Notes: a model not told the origin generated them from the sequence alone. A stretch of DNA of 54,829 bases, filler included, from Sluysia triapertura (GCA_046118255.1; 4 parts of 4 records of this genome joined end to end with filler, not necessarily neighbours in it); one strand, 5' to 3'; positions 27,255-42,475 are shown, counted from the whole stretch's first letter. Made by a program: numbers and translations.

Positions 27255-27301
<47 letters not shown>
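27218..27301 (+). repeat. Compound (TATTAA)n(AAT)n microsatellite at contig start
   Basis: Direct observation. Confidence 0.95.
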
Positions 27302-27302
<1 letters not shown>

Positions 27303-28596
27303 TTTATTGACATTATAGTAGTTTATTAATGTTGATAATTATGGTCGTCATGTATACTTATTCCGTTTTATCACCTAGTTTATAGAAAAAATATTGATAA
27401 ATAAATTAATACATTAAAGCAGTTATTGATATTATTATTATTATTGTTAGTGTTAGTGTTAGTTTTAGTTTTAGTATTTTCGGTCTTTCTAAAACTCGGC
27501 ATGTACTTCAATTCAATTACATTTGAAGTTCATTTTATATATTAATCAATTTTATCATGTGTAATTTGTTAATGGGAGGTTGACATTTGTATTAAAAAAG
27601 GCAAAGTTGGTTGATAATTTACAAATGTAAGGAAATGTTTTGTTCATAAAAGTATGCGTCTATATTGTCTATGGTCAATTGAGCGGTGGGTGAGAATCAA
27701 TGAATTTCTGGAAGGCCAGTTTGGAGAATTGTCGGAATTAAATTGTTTTTCCATCAAATTTCGTCCAAAAGGTGGAAGAAGCGGTAGTCAGTGGGGGCTG
27801 GGCTGGTTACTATGTAGGATGATTATGAAGTTTGTGCAGTTGGGGCATTTTTCTTTATTTTTTGCATCATTTTGTCCAGCTGGTTGCAATATATTTCTGC
27901 TTGCTTGTTTATTTATCCTTGACCAAGCACTGCGATTATCATCAGAAGTAGCAATTCCATTCATAAATGGATAAGATTTATGACAAGAAAGCAACATTCC
28001 AAACACGTTTGTTTCTTTATTTCATTCAGTTCATGTTGAACTCATTTAATCAAAGTTTTCACTTTACCGATTTGACCTAAATGAGTTAATATTGTTTGTT
28101 TAATAATAATAATGTATAGGCACCTTTAGTTCATCATTATTGACCTTTGATTCTGGGAGAAATATAGCGAAATAATAGTAACACTATTGCCAAACGTATT
28201 ATTAATGACTTTCCGACCGTTTTGTTTTCAACAAAATTAAGTTTTAAAAAAGTTTTTAATATTTTTTCTAACTTACAATGATTTCTTTAAATAGGTGAAA
28301 TATGTAAATTTCCAACAAAAAGAAACAACAATAAAATGTTAAGCTAATGTCAAATTATAAGCTGTTAAATTTGGCATATTGTTAGCTACAAATTTCATAC
28401 TTATCAAATTGGTAGATAAATAATGCATAAAAGAAGTATGATTATATGCATTAGGAAGTTATTATTTATGTATTGTTTAAAATTTAACAAACATTTTTAT
28501 ATATTTTGTGAGTTGTTTTTTTCACTTAAAATTTTACATTTTATCTACCAATCATTAAAAACTTGTAAACCAATTAATTTATTGCCTTTTTCAAAG

Positions 28597-29211
28597 GATT
28601 TTTGCTATGAAAATGAAAGCGACACATGGTCAATATTAGAAGCAGTTACTTTATGTGTAACTGTGATAGTGTATGCACCAGAAAGTGCACGTGCACGGCA
28701 AATGATGATTATTCTTCAAGCAATTCTTCCTCTTATACTTCAAGATCTCTCGACAGCATCTGGTCATTTACAATTGCAGCATCATCATCATCATCATAGT
28801 AGTGGTAGTGGAAACTTATTGAATAGTAGTGGAGGTGGTGCTGGTATTGGTTCTGCTGGCACTGCTGGTGGTATAAGTGGTCCAAGTGGTGCTGGATTTC
28901 TTCATCATCCACTTCATCACCCACATCATCCTATACAACAAAGTCAATCTGCAGAAGTTATTCTAGGAAGTAGTGGCATGCTATTGAGTTCAGCAGGGGC
29001 TCCAGGCTCAAGTTCAGGAACAACTCCAGTCATTGGTCCAGGTAGTTTAATTCATCCTCATTCTGCTCCACCGATGGGATCAGGAATAGGTGGAGTAGGA
29101 GCCGTTGCTGAGACTCCTCTTCCGCATAGAGCTGAGACACAGGCAATACAACAGCTAGCTGTCTCTATTAAACAACTAATTTGTACATGTGACTATTTAA
29201 CAAGGTATGTT

Positions 29212-29289
<78 letters not shown>

Positions 29290-32200
29290 ATCACTGAGAT
29301 TAAATTCTAATAATTGCATTTTTCACTTTTATATTAGTCAAATTTTAAAGTACTATTTTTCTTCGTGAATTACAGAGTTTCTGATAGACCATTCGGAAGT
29401 GGTGGAACTGGTACAGGAGGTGGACGAGAAGGTAAAGCTGGTGACGAAAAATGCAGTTTTCGAAGAGGTGGAGGAGGAACTAATTATTCGCAAACTCAAA
29501 ATTCGGTAATATTAGATGAGCAAGATGAATCTCCATTTCGAATTATTGAGGAGTCGCAAACACAACAGCAACAACAGTCACAACAAATTGGAGTACAACA
29601 AGCACAAGGAGGTTTGATTGGACGATTTAGAAAGAACACTTTAGCTTCTGCAAATAACCTCATTGCAGATGAAGAGAAAATAATCGGACAACAACAAGGT
29701 GTTACAACAACAGGTGGCCGTGGTCCGAGTTCAATCTTATTAGCTCCTCATGAAGCAGTGCTGCAGGTTGCCTGTGACTTTTACACGACTTGCCATAATA
29801 GATTAGGTGAATTAGGCGAGAGACATAAAGCAGCTGTGGAATTATTGGATCAAAAATCAATTACAGTTTGTTTATTTAGTTTATATAATGAATAATAGTA
29901 AATATATTATAATATTAATGAGAGTCATAATTATTCAACGAAGTTTGTTGAGAACTTATTTAATCTTTTGCCTATTAAACGTAACTGACACATGAATGTT
30001 GATTGTGTAATCGTAAAATAAATAACTCCATTGTTAAATTTAAATTTTTAACTACAATTTTAATTATTCAGCGTTTATCAGAACTGGCTCAAATAATAAT
30101 CAAGCAAATACCGACTGATATGTTAGCTTTAAAAAGTGAAGCTTTGCAACGATTTTTTCTGGAAATTCCACCGTTTATAGATTGGAATCATGAATCACTG
30201 AAATCTTGTAAAGCCTTAGAAAATTTGATTTATCGACTTAATCGTACAATAACAAAGATTTTGAAAGATGGTTTTGGAAGAGTTAGTTTGAAACATATTG
30301 ATCATATTATAATTCACAGCGCGTTTTATGTTATTATTAAGAAATATAATAAAATATTGTTAGGTTGTCATCACAACCCTCCAAAATCATTAAATTACAT
30401 TAAAGAAATTGTTTAAAATAATTAATTTCTATAAAAGAAAATATTTCTCGAAAAAAGAAATCAAAAATTCTAGAGCATTCCAGAAATTCCATTGATTTTG
30501 ATTGGTTGATGATTAGTATATATCTGGTATCAGTTTATTTTAAAACACAATTTAATGACATTTTTAACACGGTTCTAAACTGATTACACTTGTGAGTTCT
30601 TCTGATTCATCTCTCTTTGGTAGAGATGGAGTGCTATATTTAGTATAAATTCAAGTTGTCATGTAATAAATATAACTGAAAACTGTAAACTAAATTTAAA
30701 ATTAGGAGCCACACTAAGAACTTTTTTAATTTTAAAATGTTTATCTCTGAAAAGCCTTTTGAATTATTAATTAAAAATAATTGGATTTTTAAAATAATGC
30801 ACTTAAATATTGATAAAAATTCGAATATTTTCATAAAAATATTATCATATGTCCAACAAATATGTTTTATTCCTTATGTTTTTTGGATGCTAACATAGTC
30901 TGACAGATTCTTGCCTTCTTTCTTCTTGTTTGTTTGCTAATTTCCAACTTCTACTTTGATTAAGTGTTTTTGATGCTTCTGAAAATAGTATAAAAAATTT
31001 TCGAGAGTTTTGAACATTTTAATGTTGTAAAGCAAACGAAGGGTAATTTTGTATGTTTTTATTTAATGTGTTTTTAATTTTTAATAATTTTTACAATCTT
31101 TATAAATTTATAAATGGAGTTTTTGTAAAAATTATTAATCTATTTATATTGTAAATCTAAAACAAAGATTTAATTTATAATGGTCATATTTTTAGAGATT
31201 TGTTAATTGGGACAGTCTTACAAATTTGATACAAGCTGTCTTTTTAATTGTCAAACACAACAAAAGTGTGGCTTATATGAAAGACGTTCGAGTAAGTCTA
31301 AAATTATTTGAAAATTTAATATCAAATCAAAAAATATTACATAAATAATAAATAAATATTTGCTTGTTTTATGTTATGTACTTTGTATTCGGTTAATTTT
31401 AGTAGAAGTTTGAATTTGTGCTGTATTTCTAAGTTTAATCTAAAATCCTTATGATTATCCAAGAAATATATTAATAAGTACTCTAAAAATAGATTCAATA
31501 TTTCAATATACGAATACGGTGTTCTACCAAAGTTTTTAAATGTTTTTTTGAAAAATTTCGACATAGTTTTCTTATAATTTATTTTCAAATGTAATGTCTT
31601 TAAAAAAAATCCATCTTGAAAACATTTATATGTTACCTGATACTAAATTTGTATTGTATAATAGTAAGATAATCTTGCATGACCATTGGGGATCATTTGT
31701 TCTTGGTTTTTTTTATTTTTATGAATTAGACAATTATCAATAAATAAAAATAATTCATTTTCGTTATCAGTAAAACTTATCGAAACGCACTTTGTCGCCG
31801 CTTATCGCACGTATAACATATATAACTTACAATATATTGTGTCAAGGCACTAAGTGTTGATAAATGAATAATAAAATCTGAATAACAATATATTTTGTGG
31901 TTCTTAGTGCTCAACTTTATATAAAAAACATAACATAACATAGTGTTTAAAGCATTGATATTTTACAAAACGACAACTGGCAATGATTATGCTCATTGAG
32001 GATATACGAATATTGAATAATCCGACTTCAAACCATATTTTATTTTGTAAGATAGTTTATAAAGTAAACATTTGCCATTGTGAGTGATGATAGTGCTGCA
32101 TGAATCATTGAGTTATTACTTAATTTCAAGACTAAACTACAAATTTCATTACATTGTTATATTCCATTTATATCATTGCGTTTATTAACTTTTTACTAAC

Positions 32201-35200
32201 ATGTTTAATTATGCTACTGTCTGACGAATGTAGGGACTCTCATACACAAAAACTCCAGTTCGTAGGTCTAAGGATTTCTTTTGTTCTAGAGTTCTTACAT
32301 CTTTCATCGACTTGTGGATGAATATTTTTGATGCTAAGTGAATATAGAAAAAGTATTAGTGCCATTGTATTCATGAAATAGATGTATGAGTGCATGCGTG
32401 TATAAAATCTTATAATCCAATCAGGACCATAGCATACTTATTGCAAAAATAAGATAATTTTGAAATTCGGCTTGGAATTTTTTAAATTATTTGAAGCAGA
32501 ATATCGCGTGGAGTTGGTTGTGGGCTTTTTTAAGGATTATTAAATATGTCGTAATAAGTATAATTTTTATCTCAACAAAAGCTTTGCTTCAGCCGTGACA
32601 CCTCAATGAAATTTTGACAAACAATTACTTCTTGTCGCGTCGTAAGTTCCATAAATTATAATTTATGCATTAAATATTAAAGCTCTGATATAGCTGTGAT
32701 TTGTTAGTGTGCATATTATAATAATTAATAATCCTAAACTTTAACTAAAATGTTATCTTTCACCCAATCAAATCAAAACTACATACAAAAACATAGATTA
32801 TCTATAATTTATTATAGATTATCTTCATACCTTAACCTTCAACCACCATCTCACCCCTAAGCACACATTTCGTTAAATCAATGTCATTAATCACATATTT
32901 CTCTATCCATTTACATTCACGCACTTACCTCAATAAAATATGTAAGGTTTCTATAATGACAAATTTTTACGCATGTCTACTGCTATTCTTTGTATATCTA
33001 ATATTTTACATACATCTTTAAACGTAATATTAATGTATTACTTTTTAATAATATTAAGATCTTTTGATTACATTTCGTACGCAGATTCTTTATTAAGAAA
33101 TCTTGACACATTTTTAATGTACTTTAACAAATTTAGGCATTAAAACCATTTCTGAATCATATTTATTCAACTAACATTATAAACTGTTATTATTTTTAGA
33201 ACTTAATGGATTATCTTAAAAGATTGATTTTATTGGAAAATATAGAATCTGTACATCAACCAATGGTAGCAATGAATGACAGTCTTAGTAGTATTCAATT
33301 TAGTGGACGACATGAAACATGTATGTTTAAAATGTTTATTCTAATTGGTTTATTTAAGTATTATAGGAAATTATGCAAAGATTTAATTTAATTTTGTTTT
33401 TTGTGATTGGTTAGTGTAAATTTAATTATTGTTTATCATTTACGTTACAGAAAATGATTTCATTAAGTGGTGAACTAATTGCGGAAACCCATATAAACAA
33501 CACTTGAAGAGAGAATTTTCTCACTATAAAGCCCGTATTACGATGTTGTGCATTAAGTGTGATTGACAAATTTCATAGTACCACACAAAATGGAAAACAA
33601 GCTCAACCCACCAATGCACACAATGCACGGATAATTTGTCGCAAGAAAAGCTAAGATGTTCTGGACATATGGTTTCATTTAAGTAGTAATGTTAATAGTC
33701 AGTACTGTTTAGCAGATGTTAATCATCAGTATCACGAGCCTCCATGTGCCTTGTAGCAAAAGAGAATTATCGGTCCAAAATCAATGGCTATCAATACACA
33801 GTTTCTCTTGAAACTGAAAATACTTAGTACACCATGTAAATATTTTCAACAAAATTATTTGGAAGCTGATAATTTCCCATAAAATTTGACCTTCCATGAC
33901 ACCTGCAAATTTTTACCCATGGGTTGATTTAAAGCACGAGTTTATCGTTATAATCTGCAGCCTAATGATGATTTTAAAATGGCAAGTGTCAATTTTATTG
34001 ACACGAGCTTAATCATTTTCTACTATCCCGGTGTTTGCTCATCAACCAATTGAAAACATTTCTAACATTTACTGTAGAAATAGAGTAATTATACGAACAG
34101 TTACTTTTGGTTCATCCAGTATTTTATTCATGTTTATGTTTGTCGAAGTTTATTTAAATATCAATTTTTATTTTGTAAAACTTGTTTTTTCGGTAATTAG
34201 AAGATTTTCATTCAATATAATTTGATAGCAGAACAAAATATGTTTAAATTGTCATTTGTACTTATAATTACATATATCTAGTTAATCTACATAATTAGGA
34301 AACTGAATAATATAAGTTTTAAAGTATTTTATTTATTATATTTTCACGAAATTTGAAAATCTGTGTTTTGATTATTATCGTCAAATTTAATAAATTAATA
34401 CATTTCAGGCCAATTAGGTTGAGATAAATGTTTCAAAATTCAGATATTTATTGTTTAGGTTCTGGGCAAAATACTGGTAGCCCTAATCATGTACCACTGC
34501 AATCTCCAGAAGGTTTATCTTCCGATAACATGGTCCCAGCTGCCCAGCAACAACAACAAGATGCATATATGTACCCTACAGCAATTAATACTAATTCTAA
34601 TGCTATTCCTGCTAAATTTTCTGCAATGGCTATTAAATTCTTTGCTTTGATGTTACAGTGTCTTGAAGTTAGACATTTTATATAGTATTACCATGAAATC
34701 GAATCAGATTAACATTTTAAATTAACTAGTTTTTCCAAATATGCAAATTCTATTTAATTTTTTGTCATGAAAAGTTAAAATAAAAAAATCGATTTTAATT
34801 GTTTTGTAATAAATTCAAAATAAAGCACACAAATATTATATAATAATTCAATAAACATTTTATTTTGAAATATGAAAATGTTGCAGCTTTGGTTTGCAGG
34901 ATAAACTTTAANNNNNNNNNNNNNNNNNNNNNNNNNNNNNNNNNNNNNNNNNNNNNNNNNNNNNNNNNNNNNNNNNNNNNNNNNNNNNNNNNNNNNNNNN
35001 NNNNNNNNNNNNNNNNNNNNNNNNNNNNNNNNNNNNNNNNNNNNNNNNNNNNNNAAAATTCTCCTATAATAATGATAATAATTTAAATAATGTAATAAAA
35101 AATAAAATATAAAAATATTTTCAATTAAATTGTTTCCCAAAATAAAGAATAATATATACTTAATAATTCTATTCAGCATAAGGAATGCGTGTGTACTCAT

Positions 35201-36025
35201 TTTTCAATCAATTACAAAGAGTACAATACTCATAAGTACAAGTATATAAACATTTCTCAATTTAATATTGAAATATTTGATAATTTTTAAAAAATAAAAA
35301 ATATTTTTAAAAATTTGTAAACGAATATTTTTTAACAATATTATTTTAAATCACGATTATTGTTAAATCAGATATCATGCCATTCTAAAACAAGAGTGGA
35401 CTGTGAATATCGTCAAAAAATTAATTTAATACCAGACATTATCTGAATTTAATTCAAATCTAAAATATACGTAAATTATACTATGTAAATTTTAAATTTA
35501 CAGTTTATTTATCTATTTAATTTATAATATTGATACTTAATGCACAATTATACGTGTACACTTATAATTTTCATTATCACATAATATACATCAATTTCAT
35601 AAGTTATTGTATATAATTGCTACAGATTCTCCCATTTTCGTAAATCCTGTTTAATTGGATCTAAATTATATAGTTTTATATAGTCTTTGGTTTAAATACG
35701 ACGATAAATTAATATTTTTCGTTTTATTTGAAAAGAGAATTCAAATATTTCATTTAATTTAAACTATCTGAGACTGATAAATAAATCTTAAAGAGATGAT
35801 AGAACTCCAATAGAATCCATATAATAACACCATAACAATTTCAAAGTTTATTGCATTTTGTATATTCTATCTTACTTGATACGGAGAACTATACACCATC
35901 TTTAGAATGTCATAAGAATTCTGCATTTAAGTATTCGACCTCCATTTATATTTAAAATCCTGAATTATATATTTAACTCATAAATTGTTACAAATAATGG
36001 TGATTGTAGGCTTTCGTTAGGAAAC

Positions 36026-36080
<55 letters not shown>

Positions 36081-39000
36081 GCATACAATTCTTTACTATA
36101 TTATTATATATTGTCCATTTAATGCAGACATTTTTACTTGTTGGCTAATTAAAAATTAAATTAATTTCTAGAATTCTAATTTTGTCAAATTAATTGTTAT
36201 TTTGTGCATTTCTATTTTTCAAGAATTTCAATTTTATGATAAAGAGTTTGTCTAATTCATTCTGTAACTACATAATAATCGAATAATACAACATAATCTT
36301 GCAATCTCAATCAATTTCGAATACAAATAAAATGAAAAATTCCTGGTAAACAAATATAAATATTTCTTGATAGATATCATAGAGTTTTTTTATTTTTCTG
36401 CTAATCTGTTTTACAAGTGCTCGAATGGAACTCTAGTTTTCATTGAAACGATTCAAAATATGTTGGTCGGCGCTTAATTTTAAAGTAAGTAGAAATAAGA
36501 GTTTCAACTTCTTATTTGCTGAAAATAACAATGCTTTTCCGAGATGTAACCATAATGTCTATATGAATATTGATTAACTCAAAGAATAGTGTGGACGATA
36601 ACTTAAGCTTAATTTCAATTTTACTATTATCGAAATTTATGAATGTCTCTTTCTTTAAATTAATAGAATATTCGAGTGAATATTTTAACAAAAATTTAAC
36701 TACTAAACTCTTTCTGTAATTATTATATTTGAATCTATAACTTAGTTAAGTTTGTTAGAATTTGAGTGTTTAATTTATAACTCTCTTTTGTCTTTATTTA
36801 AATGAGGGATTGTAAATAATTCGTGAAAACGTGTTTTTTACTACAGTTAAAACCCTGTAATTTATTTTTTAAATGATACCATTTGCCTATTTAAAATGGC
36901 TTTTGAAAGAGCGCTCATAATTAAGATTTGATAAGTTGATATTAAATAAATAAATAAATAAATTTATCAAAAAAGGCTATATATAATGTTACTAAAATAA
37001 GGTCTCTTAAAGGTTAACTGAAATTTTTTGAAAGTCTCAAGTGACGGGACAAAACATTTATTATTAATTTACGTAGAGTTTAGATGTTTCTTAGGAACAT
37101 TCTAACGTTTTCCAAGTAGTTAAAATAATTTCGTTTTCAATAATCTCTGTCAATATGAATGTATTATAAGAATCACTAATTTCTTTTCCATAATATATAA
37201 ATTTCTTCAATGAAAACGAAAAGTTGTGCTTTTAATCGATATTAATTTTTTGAGAATTAAGTACTTTTTAATGTTGTATTATATGTTAGACTTCGTAAAA
37301 TTGACTGATCAGGGATCGAACCCGGGACCATCGCTGCCCCGTCTAACGATTTTTTACCAAATGGCACCTTAGGTCTTTTCTTACCCCAACATATAATTGA
37401 AACTCAAATTTTTGTAAAAAGATTTTGTTATGACAAAATTGTAAGTCAAACTTTTGTAAAAAAATCAACTTATCAGTTGAATTTATGCGTGGCCACTATT
37501 TGTGATGCTATTAATCAAATGAAAATTTTGACCTTAAAGATCTTTCTTTGTACAAAAGTTTATTTTGTAAACGTGTAATAAGTAGCTCTGTACCTACTGC
37601 GATGAAAAATCTAGGCCTTTGGCTACTTTTTAAAATAATTATTTTTATTTACTAATATGACTAGTTATAATTTTTAGCAAACTATTATTAGTTAATATCT
37701 TTAACATTATTTAACATTATTTAACATTATTTAATTATTATCAATTATTATTATTTTACAGGCATATTTATAGATTATTATTCTATTGTTATCTACATTA
37801 TTATTATAATTTATAATCGTCGTCACTTAATGATGAATGAGTGAAACATATTCGTTCAGTGTTTTTTGAAAATCGAATTGGATATTGTTCGGTGCACGAA
37901 AGGGTTATTGATGACAAAAATGAATGAATCAAATGATATTCTAACTTTAACATCATCAATATTTTCACCAAAGTATTCCAATATCATCTAGAATCATTTA
38001 GAAGCATCATTTCTTGAATTACCGAACATATCTTTAACCAACTTCAAGTTCTCAACATCTTCACACCCTCTAATCATCTAGAATTCTTCAGAAATATATT
38101 TTTTAATCAAAATCGAATTAAAATTTACTATTAGTTTTATTTTTAATAAGATAAAATCAAGCTTTTTGGCTTTGGATATGTATTTTACTTTCTGACACTT
38201 ATTACTGTGGTCTGGAGGTTACTATTCACTCGTCTCTGGTGTTAGGGATTTTATTACAAAATGTATTCAAGATTCGAACTTTCTCTTTTGCTTCCTTTAT
38301 AACAACAAAAATAAACGAGTTAAAATTTATTTACAAATCTGAATAACCGAACACATAAGTTTCTGTACGTATAAAAATTGCTTTGAAATAAATTACTAAA
38401 GTACCACAACATGTAATTTTTGAATGTAATTGTTTTATTCCTTATTTTAAGTAAACGTTATTCGAATTTAATATTTATATCTTTAAATATTATTCTACTA
38501 ATAAAAAATTTATCAGAATTATCGTTAATAAAGAAAAACTTCTCTGTTTTCTTTTCCTTAAACGTATCACTTCTTCCGAATAAAGCTTTCTTAAGCTGCC
38601 GAATTTCATATCTTTTATCTTATTCGAAAATTAATTATCTTCTTTAAATCAAATATGGCTATTTCCAAATTTGCACCGCCTAGATATTATATATTATTAT
38701 ATTTTGGCTGGTAAATTGTTATTGTTTTTTAATTATTTTATAGTAATCTTCTATATATATTATTTTTTACAATTGTTTTATAGAATAATTATTTCATGCA
38801 CAATAGAGAGAGTCATTTAATCATACTTTTGTAGGTTGTTAATAATAAAATAATAGTTGTTTTATAAATAATAGAGTCAATTGTTACTGTTTTTCAATTA
38901 TTTTGAGATTATTTATTTACTATAAGAATAATTCTGCACAATTTGTATAAATAATTAAAAACAATTTTATAAACAACAGAGAATTACCTAAAATTAATAT

Positions 39001-40267
39001 TTGTCTATAATAGTGATACATTAGTGCTTTTAATAATGTATTAAATTTTTAAAATTTTAAAATAATATTTACATTTTCGTAGTACATTTTTTAAAACATT
39101 TTATAATACAACATTTACAACATTGTGCTTTTATAATATTTTCGCAATATATTTTTTATAATATTTAGAACACTATAATTAATTATCATATCTAAGTAAT
39201 ATTTCTTACAAAATTATAAATCATAACTGGCATTCTTCTTGAAAATAATGCTGATAAAGAATATCGATATAATTTTTTAAAATTCTCATACATAAAGTTT
39301 AAATTTTTTATAAAGTAAATTAAATCACAAAACGACCTAGATCAACTGCATCTGATGATTTAATCATAATAGACAACTTATTTTTAATTAAATTCAAATT
39401 AAATGTGTAACGAACTAATAACATCAAAAATGATCATAAATAGGGAATATTTTCTAAATAAATCTTTATAAGTCTTTGAGTGCTCTTTTGTTTCAATGAA
39501 TTCTATATGAATCAATGTAAGTCTCTTTATGAATCCTTATTAGTACTATTCTAGATCTTTCGTCAATATGCTCACTTTATTCTAATTTTAATTACAATTT
39601 AAACTCTTTAATGCAAACTTTATAAAACGTTACTACATTTCAATGCTTCGAATTATTTTACAACAAATTCTTAATTCTTGGTGATGAGTACTCTCAGTCT
39701 TCTACAATAGTCTAAATATATTCACTTATCAATTATTATTCGTCAATAACAACTTAAATTATTTCACCTTATACCGTATCGCCTCACTTCGCAAGTAATG
39801 CTTATATATTAGTCTTATTATACCTAGAAACTTGAGATCGGATACCCGTTTCGATGACCTGAAATGGAAACGCAAAGTAAGTTTTAGTTTTATTTAATTT
39901 TTTTGATTCAATGAGAATATTCAAGTTTAATTTTTACTTAAAATCAATATTATCTTAACAATGATATGAATTTATTCTTTATCGTTTTATTTCTTCCTGG
40001 CGATTCAATTTTCAATTGGTTTCAATAATAAAAAAAAATAAAATAGAACAAATGATGTTAATTTATAACGATTATAAAATTCAAAACTAATACGTCTAAC
40101 TTTAGTTTATATAATAAAAAAAAAATCACAAAAATTTATAAATTTTATCAAAATATTTATTCATTTGATTATTCAGATAAAAGTTATTCTTACTTTGAGG
40201 TATTTCCAGATTAATTGTTAAATCTCTGCAATAATGTTTTTCCAAATATTCTAACAATTTTCTTTCA

Positions 40268-40308
<41 letters not shown>

Positions 40309-42475
40309 AATAATCTTTCTTCAAAGTATTATTTCCCTCTAAATATCCAAATAGCCTCTATAAAAATATCAAATCTTAAATAGTCTCCTTTTTGTGAGCT
40401 TAGTTGTTGTAATAATACTGCTTATTATTGGTTAATTTATTTATTTTATCTGGGTAATCAGTACAATGTATACATAATAGTTATAGTAGTAAACCACATT
40501 ATAATAATAGAGTAATAATAGTAGTTAATGATAATAGTCAGACCCCAAACAGTAGAAATAATATTAATATTAATATTAATAAACCGTAATACTAATTTTT
40601 ATCTGAGTAATTTTTGTTAATAAATTTTAATTATATGCAATTTATATTCATTCATATTTTAAAATGATTTTTGTCGGTTATAATGTTTTCAAATTTGATA
40701 TGGCATTATTAATCGAGAATAATGTTACTAATTTTTAATTACTCACAAGTTTTATTCAATCTCTATTTAATTTAATTTTAACTTACGTTTTAAACTAATT
40801 TTATTTTTAAAGTTAGATTTTACATTCTCTTTATAGAATCTCATTTTAAGATGACTATTTATTTAATTTCAATTTAAAATTAGTTACTATTTGTTATTAA
40901 ATTTTGAATTTATATTAACCCTTAAATTTTATTTTAGATTGGTATAAAGCATTATAATCTTAATAGTAATTATTTAATTGAATTTAAGTTAAATGGATTT
41001 TAAATTTGATTTAAATTTTTTTGAAAATTGAAAATAAAAATGTGAAAAATGAAAAATTGAAAGTTGGTTGAATATTATGTTATATTACTATTATGAGATT
41101 ACCTGATTCTTCAAACACAATGTAATGGTAATTATAAATTTATTTGTTTTTACAAAACTTTGTTTTATTCAGGGTTCATATAAATTGAAAGATTTTTGTG
41201 AAAGATATGACCAACAATACGGCAATACTGAATCAATTTTAGTCAATTATCTAGCAAATATAATTATTCCTCTTTTACTTCGATGTGGTGCTGGTAGAAG
41301 TGGTTAGTGAAACAATAAAAATTTCATTTTCGTTACTCAAAATCAATTCAATAATTAAAGGATTAATTTATCAGTATTAATTTCAATATAAAATGATATT
41401 ACTTTTATATTACTTCTATTATGATATTACTTCTTGTTCGTACTGCGTGCTAGCAAACTAATTAAACAAATAAATATTACAAATATGTTACTTACCATAG
41501 AAAATTAAGGTAAGTCTTATGTTAAAAATAAAAAAAATATTACGCTATTATTTTTATTCTGTATGAAAAATTTTGTTGGAACTTCCCCCTCCTTCAGAGT
41601 TGTCCCGCTGTCACCTTAGTCAATACAGAAAGAGGAAATTTAACTTTATTAAAATTAAATTTTATTATTTATAAAATTTGCTTTCTTATATAATTATTAT
41701 TATTATTATTTATTTTATGTTTTATTTATGTACTTTTGTCTTATTTATCTAAATTTTATTCATGTAATTGTCACAAATATTATTTATAAATTATATTTTA
41801 AATATTAAATTAATAATAAACTAATAATTTTAAAAGTTTAAGCATATTAATCATCAGTAATTTATAAATCAACAATACCTTTTCAGGTCAACAATAACAA
41901 AAGCGTATATGCATGATCCTAATTTAACAAAATGCATTCATTCAGAAAAGATTTTTAAATAATTGTGACGTTAAATTTATTTGGATAAAAATCTTATTTG
42001 ATACTCCGTTAACACATAAATGTTATTACAAGTTAACATTATTATAGAAGTTGAAAAACGCTTCTAGAAAATTATTGAGTTTATTTGATTTGGTCTACTT
42101 ACATAAGCTATTTGATTATTAGTCCACGTATATTGACAATATATCATGTATTACATTTGTTTACGCCGTCTTATTTCTTTCCATAGGGACTTATTGATGC
42201 ATTGAATGTCAGTCTTTCGGTATATTTTAGATTAAGTATTATTATTGATAAACATTTAATATTTTAACTATTTTAATATAGAGTCTTTGCGGTTATCTGA
42301 TGAGAATATTTACTTTATATTCGATTTGGTACTATCTTCGCTTAACCCATTACTTCATTCAAGTTCTAATATCCCAATAGTACATTCAGGATCTATAGCC
42401 CCACAACATCATCTAAATCATTTGCATCATCATCACTATCATCAGCATCACAGTCAACAACAGTCCAGTCAACAT
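28597..42475 (+). CDS. UNC80: UNC-80 (NALCN channelosome subunit), eight internal exons
   Basis: Exons 28597-29204, 29376-29865, 30072-30281, 31196-31291, 33200-33320, 34459-34667, 41173-41302 and 42282-42475 have AG/GT ends and compatible phases. DFCYENESDTWSILEAVTLCVTVIVYAPESARARQMMIILQAILP matches the UNC80 motif I recall (DFCY....EA..LCVTVVAYAPES.R..QML); also ELLDQKS..RLSELAQ and IIIPLLLRCGAGR. Confidence 0.88.
29212..29289 (+). repeat. (TAC)n microsatellite in intron
   Basis: Begins a few nt after the splice donor at 29205; explains the poly-Tyr in the ORF track. Confidence 0.95.
30358..30550 (+). mobile_element. Second copy of the HSE/CCAAT-bearing LTR-like repeat
   Basis: TGTTAGGTTGTCATCACAACCCT...; TTCtaGAGcaTTCcaGAA at 30468-30485; ATTGG at 30501. 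Confidence 0.55.
31940..32270 (+). mobile_element. Possible Penelope-like 3' remnant with decayed hammerhead ribozyme
   Basis: MLIEDIRILNNPTSN is weakly like a GIY-YIG endonuclease tail; CTGACGA-stem-(g>a)AAAC-TCCA-GT(c>t) at 32221-32260. Confidence 0.3.
33500..34030 (+). mobile_element. Degenerate Tc1/mariner-superfamily (maT/rosa-like) transposase remnant in a UNC80 intron
   Basis: Ordered motif fragments WFHLSSNVNSQ (33670-33702), KRIIGP (33760-33777) and W..KARVYR (~33920-33950). Confidence 0.7.
36031..36080 (+). repeat. (AAT)n microsatellite
   Basis: Direct observation. Confidence 0.95.
37284..37391 (-). mobile_element. tRNA-containing solo-LTR-like element with TATA target-site duplication
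   Basis: TGTT...AACA termini with TATA on both flanks; retains box B (GGTTCGATCCC) and TTTT; box A/D-arm deleted. Confidence 0.88.
40269..40306. repeat. (TA)n microsatellite
   Basis: Direct observation. Confidence 0.95.

Noticed and set aside
27654-28006. Overlapping ORFs with slightly raised GC and a CPNC motif
   Set aside because: No recognisable domain or convincing splice structure; probably decayed repeat sequence.
29205-29310. Poly-Tyr C-terminus
   Set aside because: (TAC)n lies after a GTATGT donor, so it is intronic.
34775-35200. ORFs spanning the internal N gap
   Set aside because: Open only because the N run contains no stop codons.
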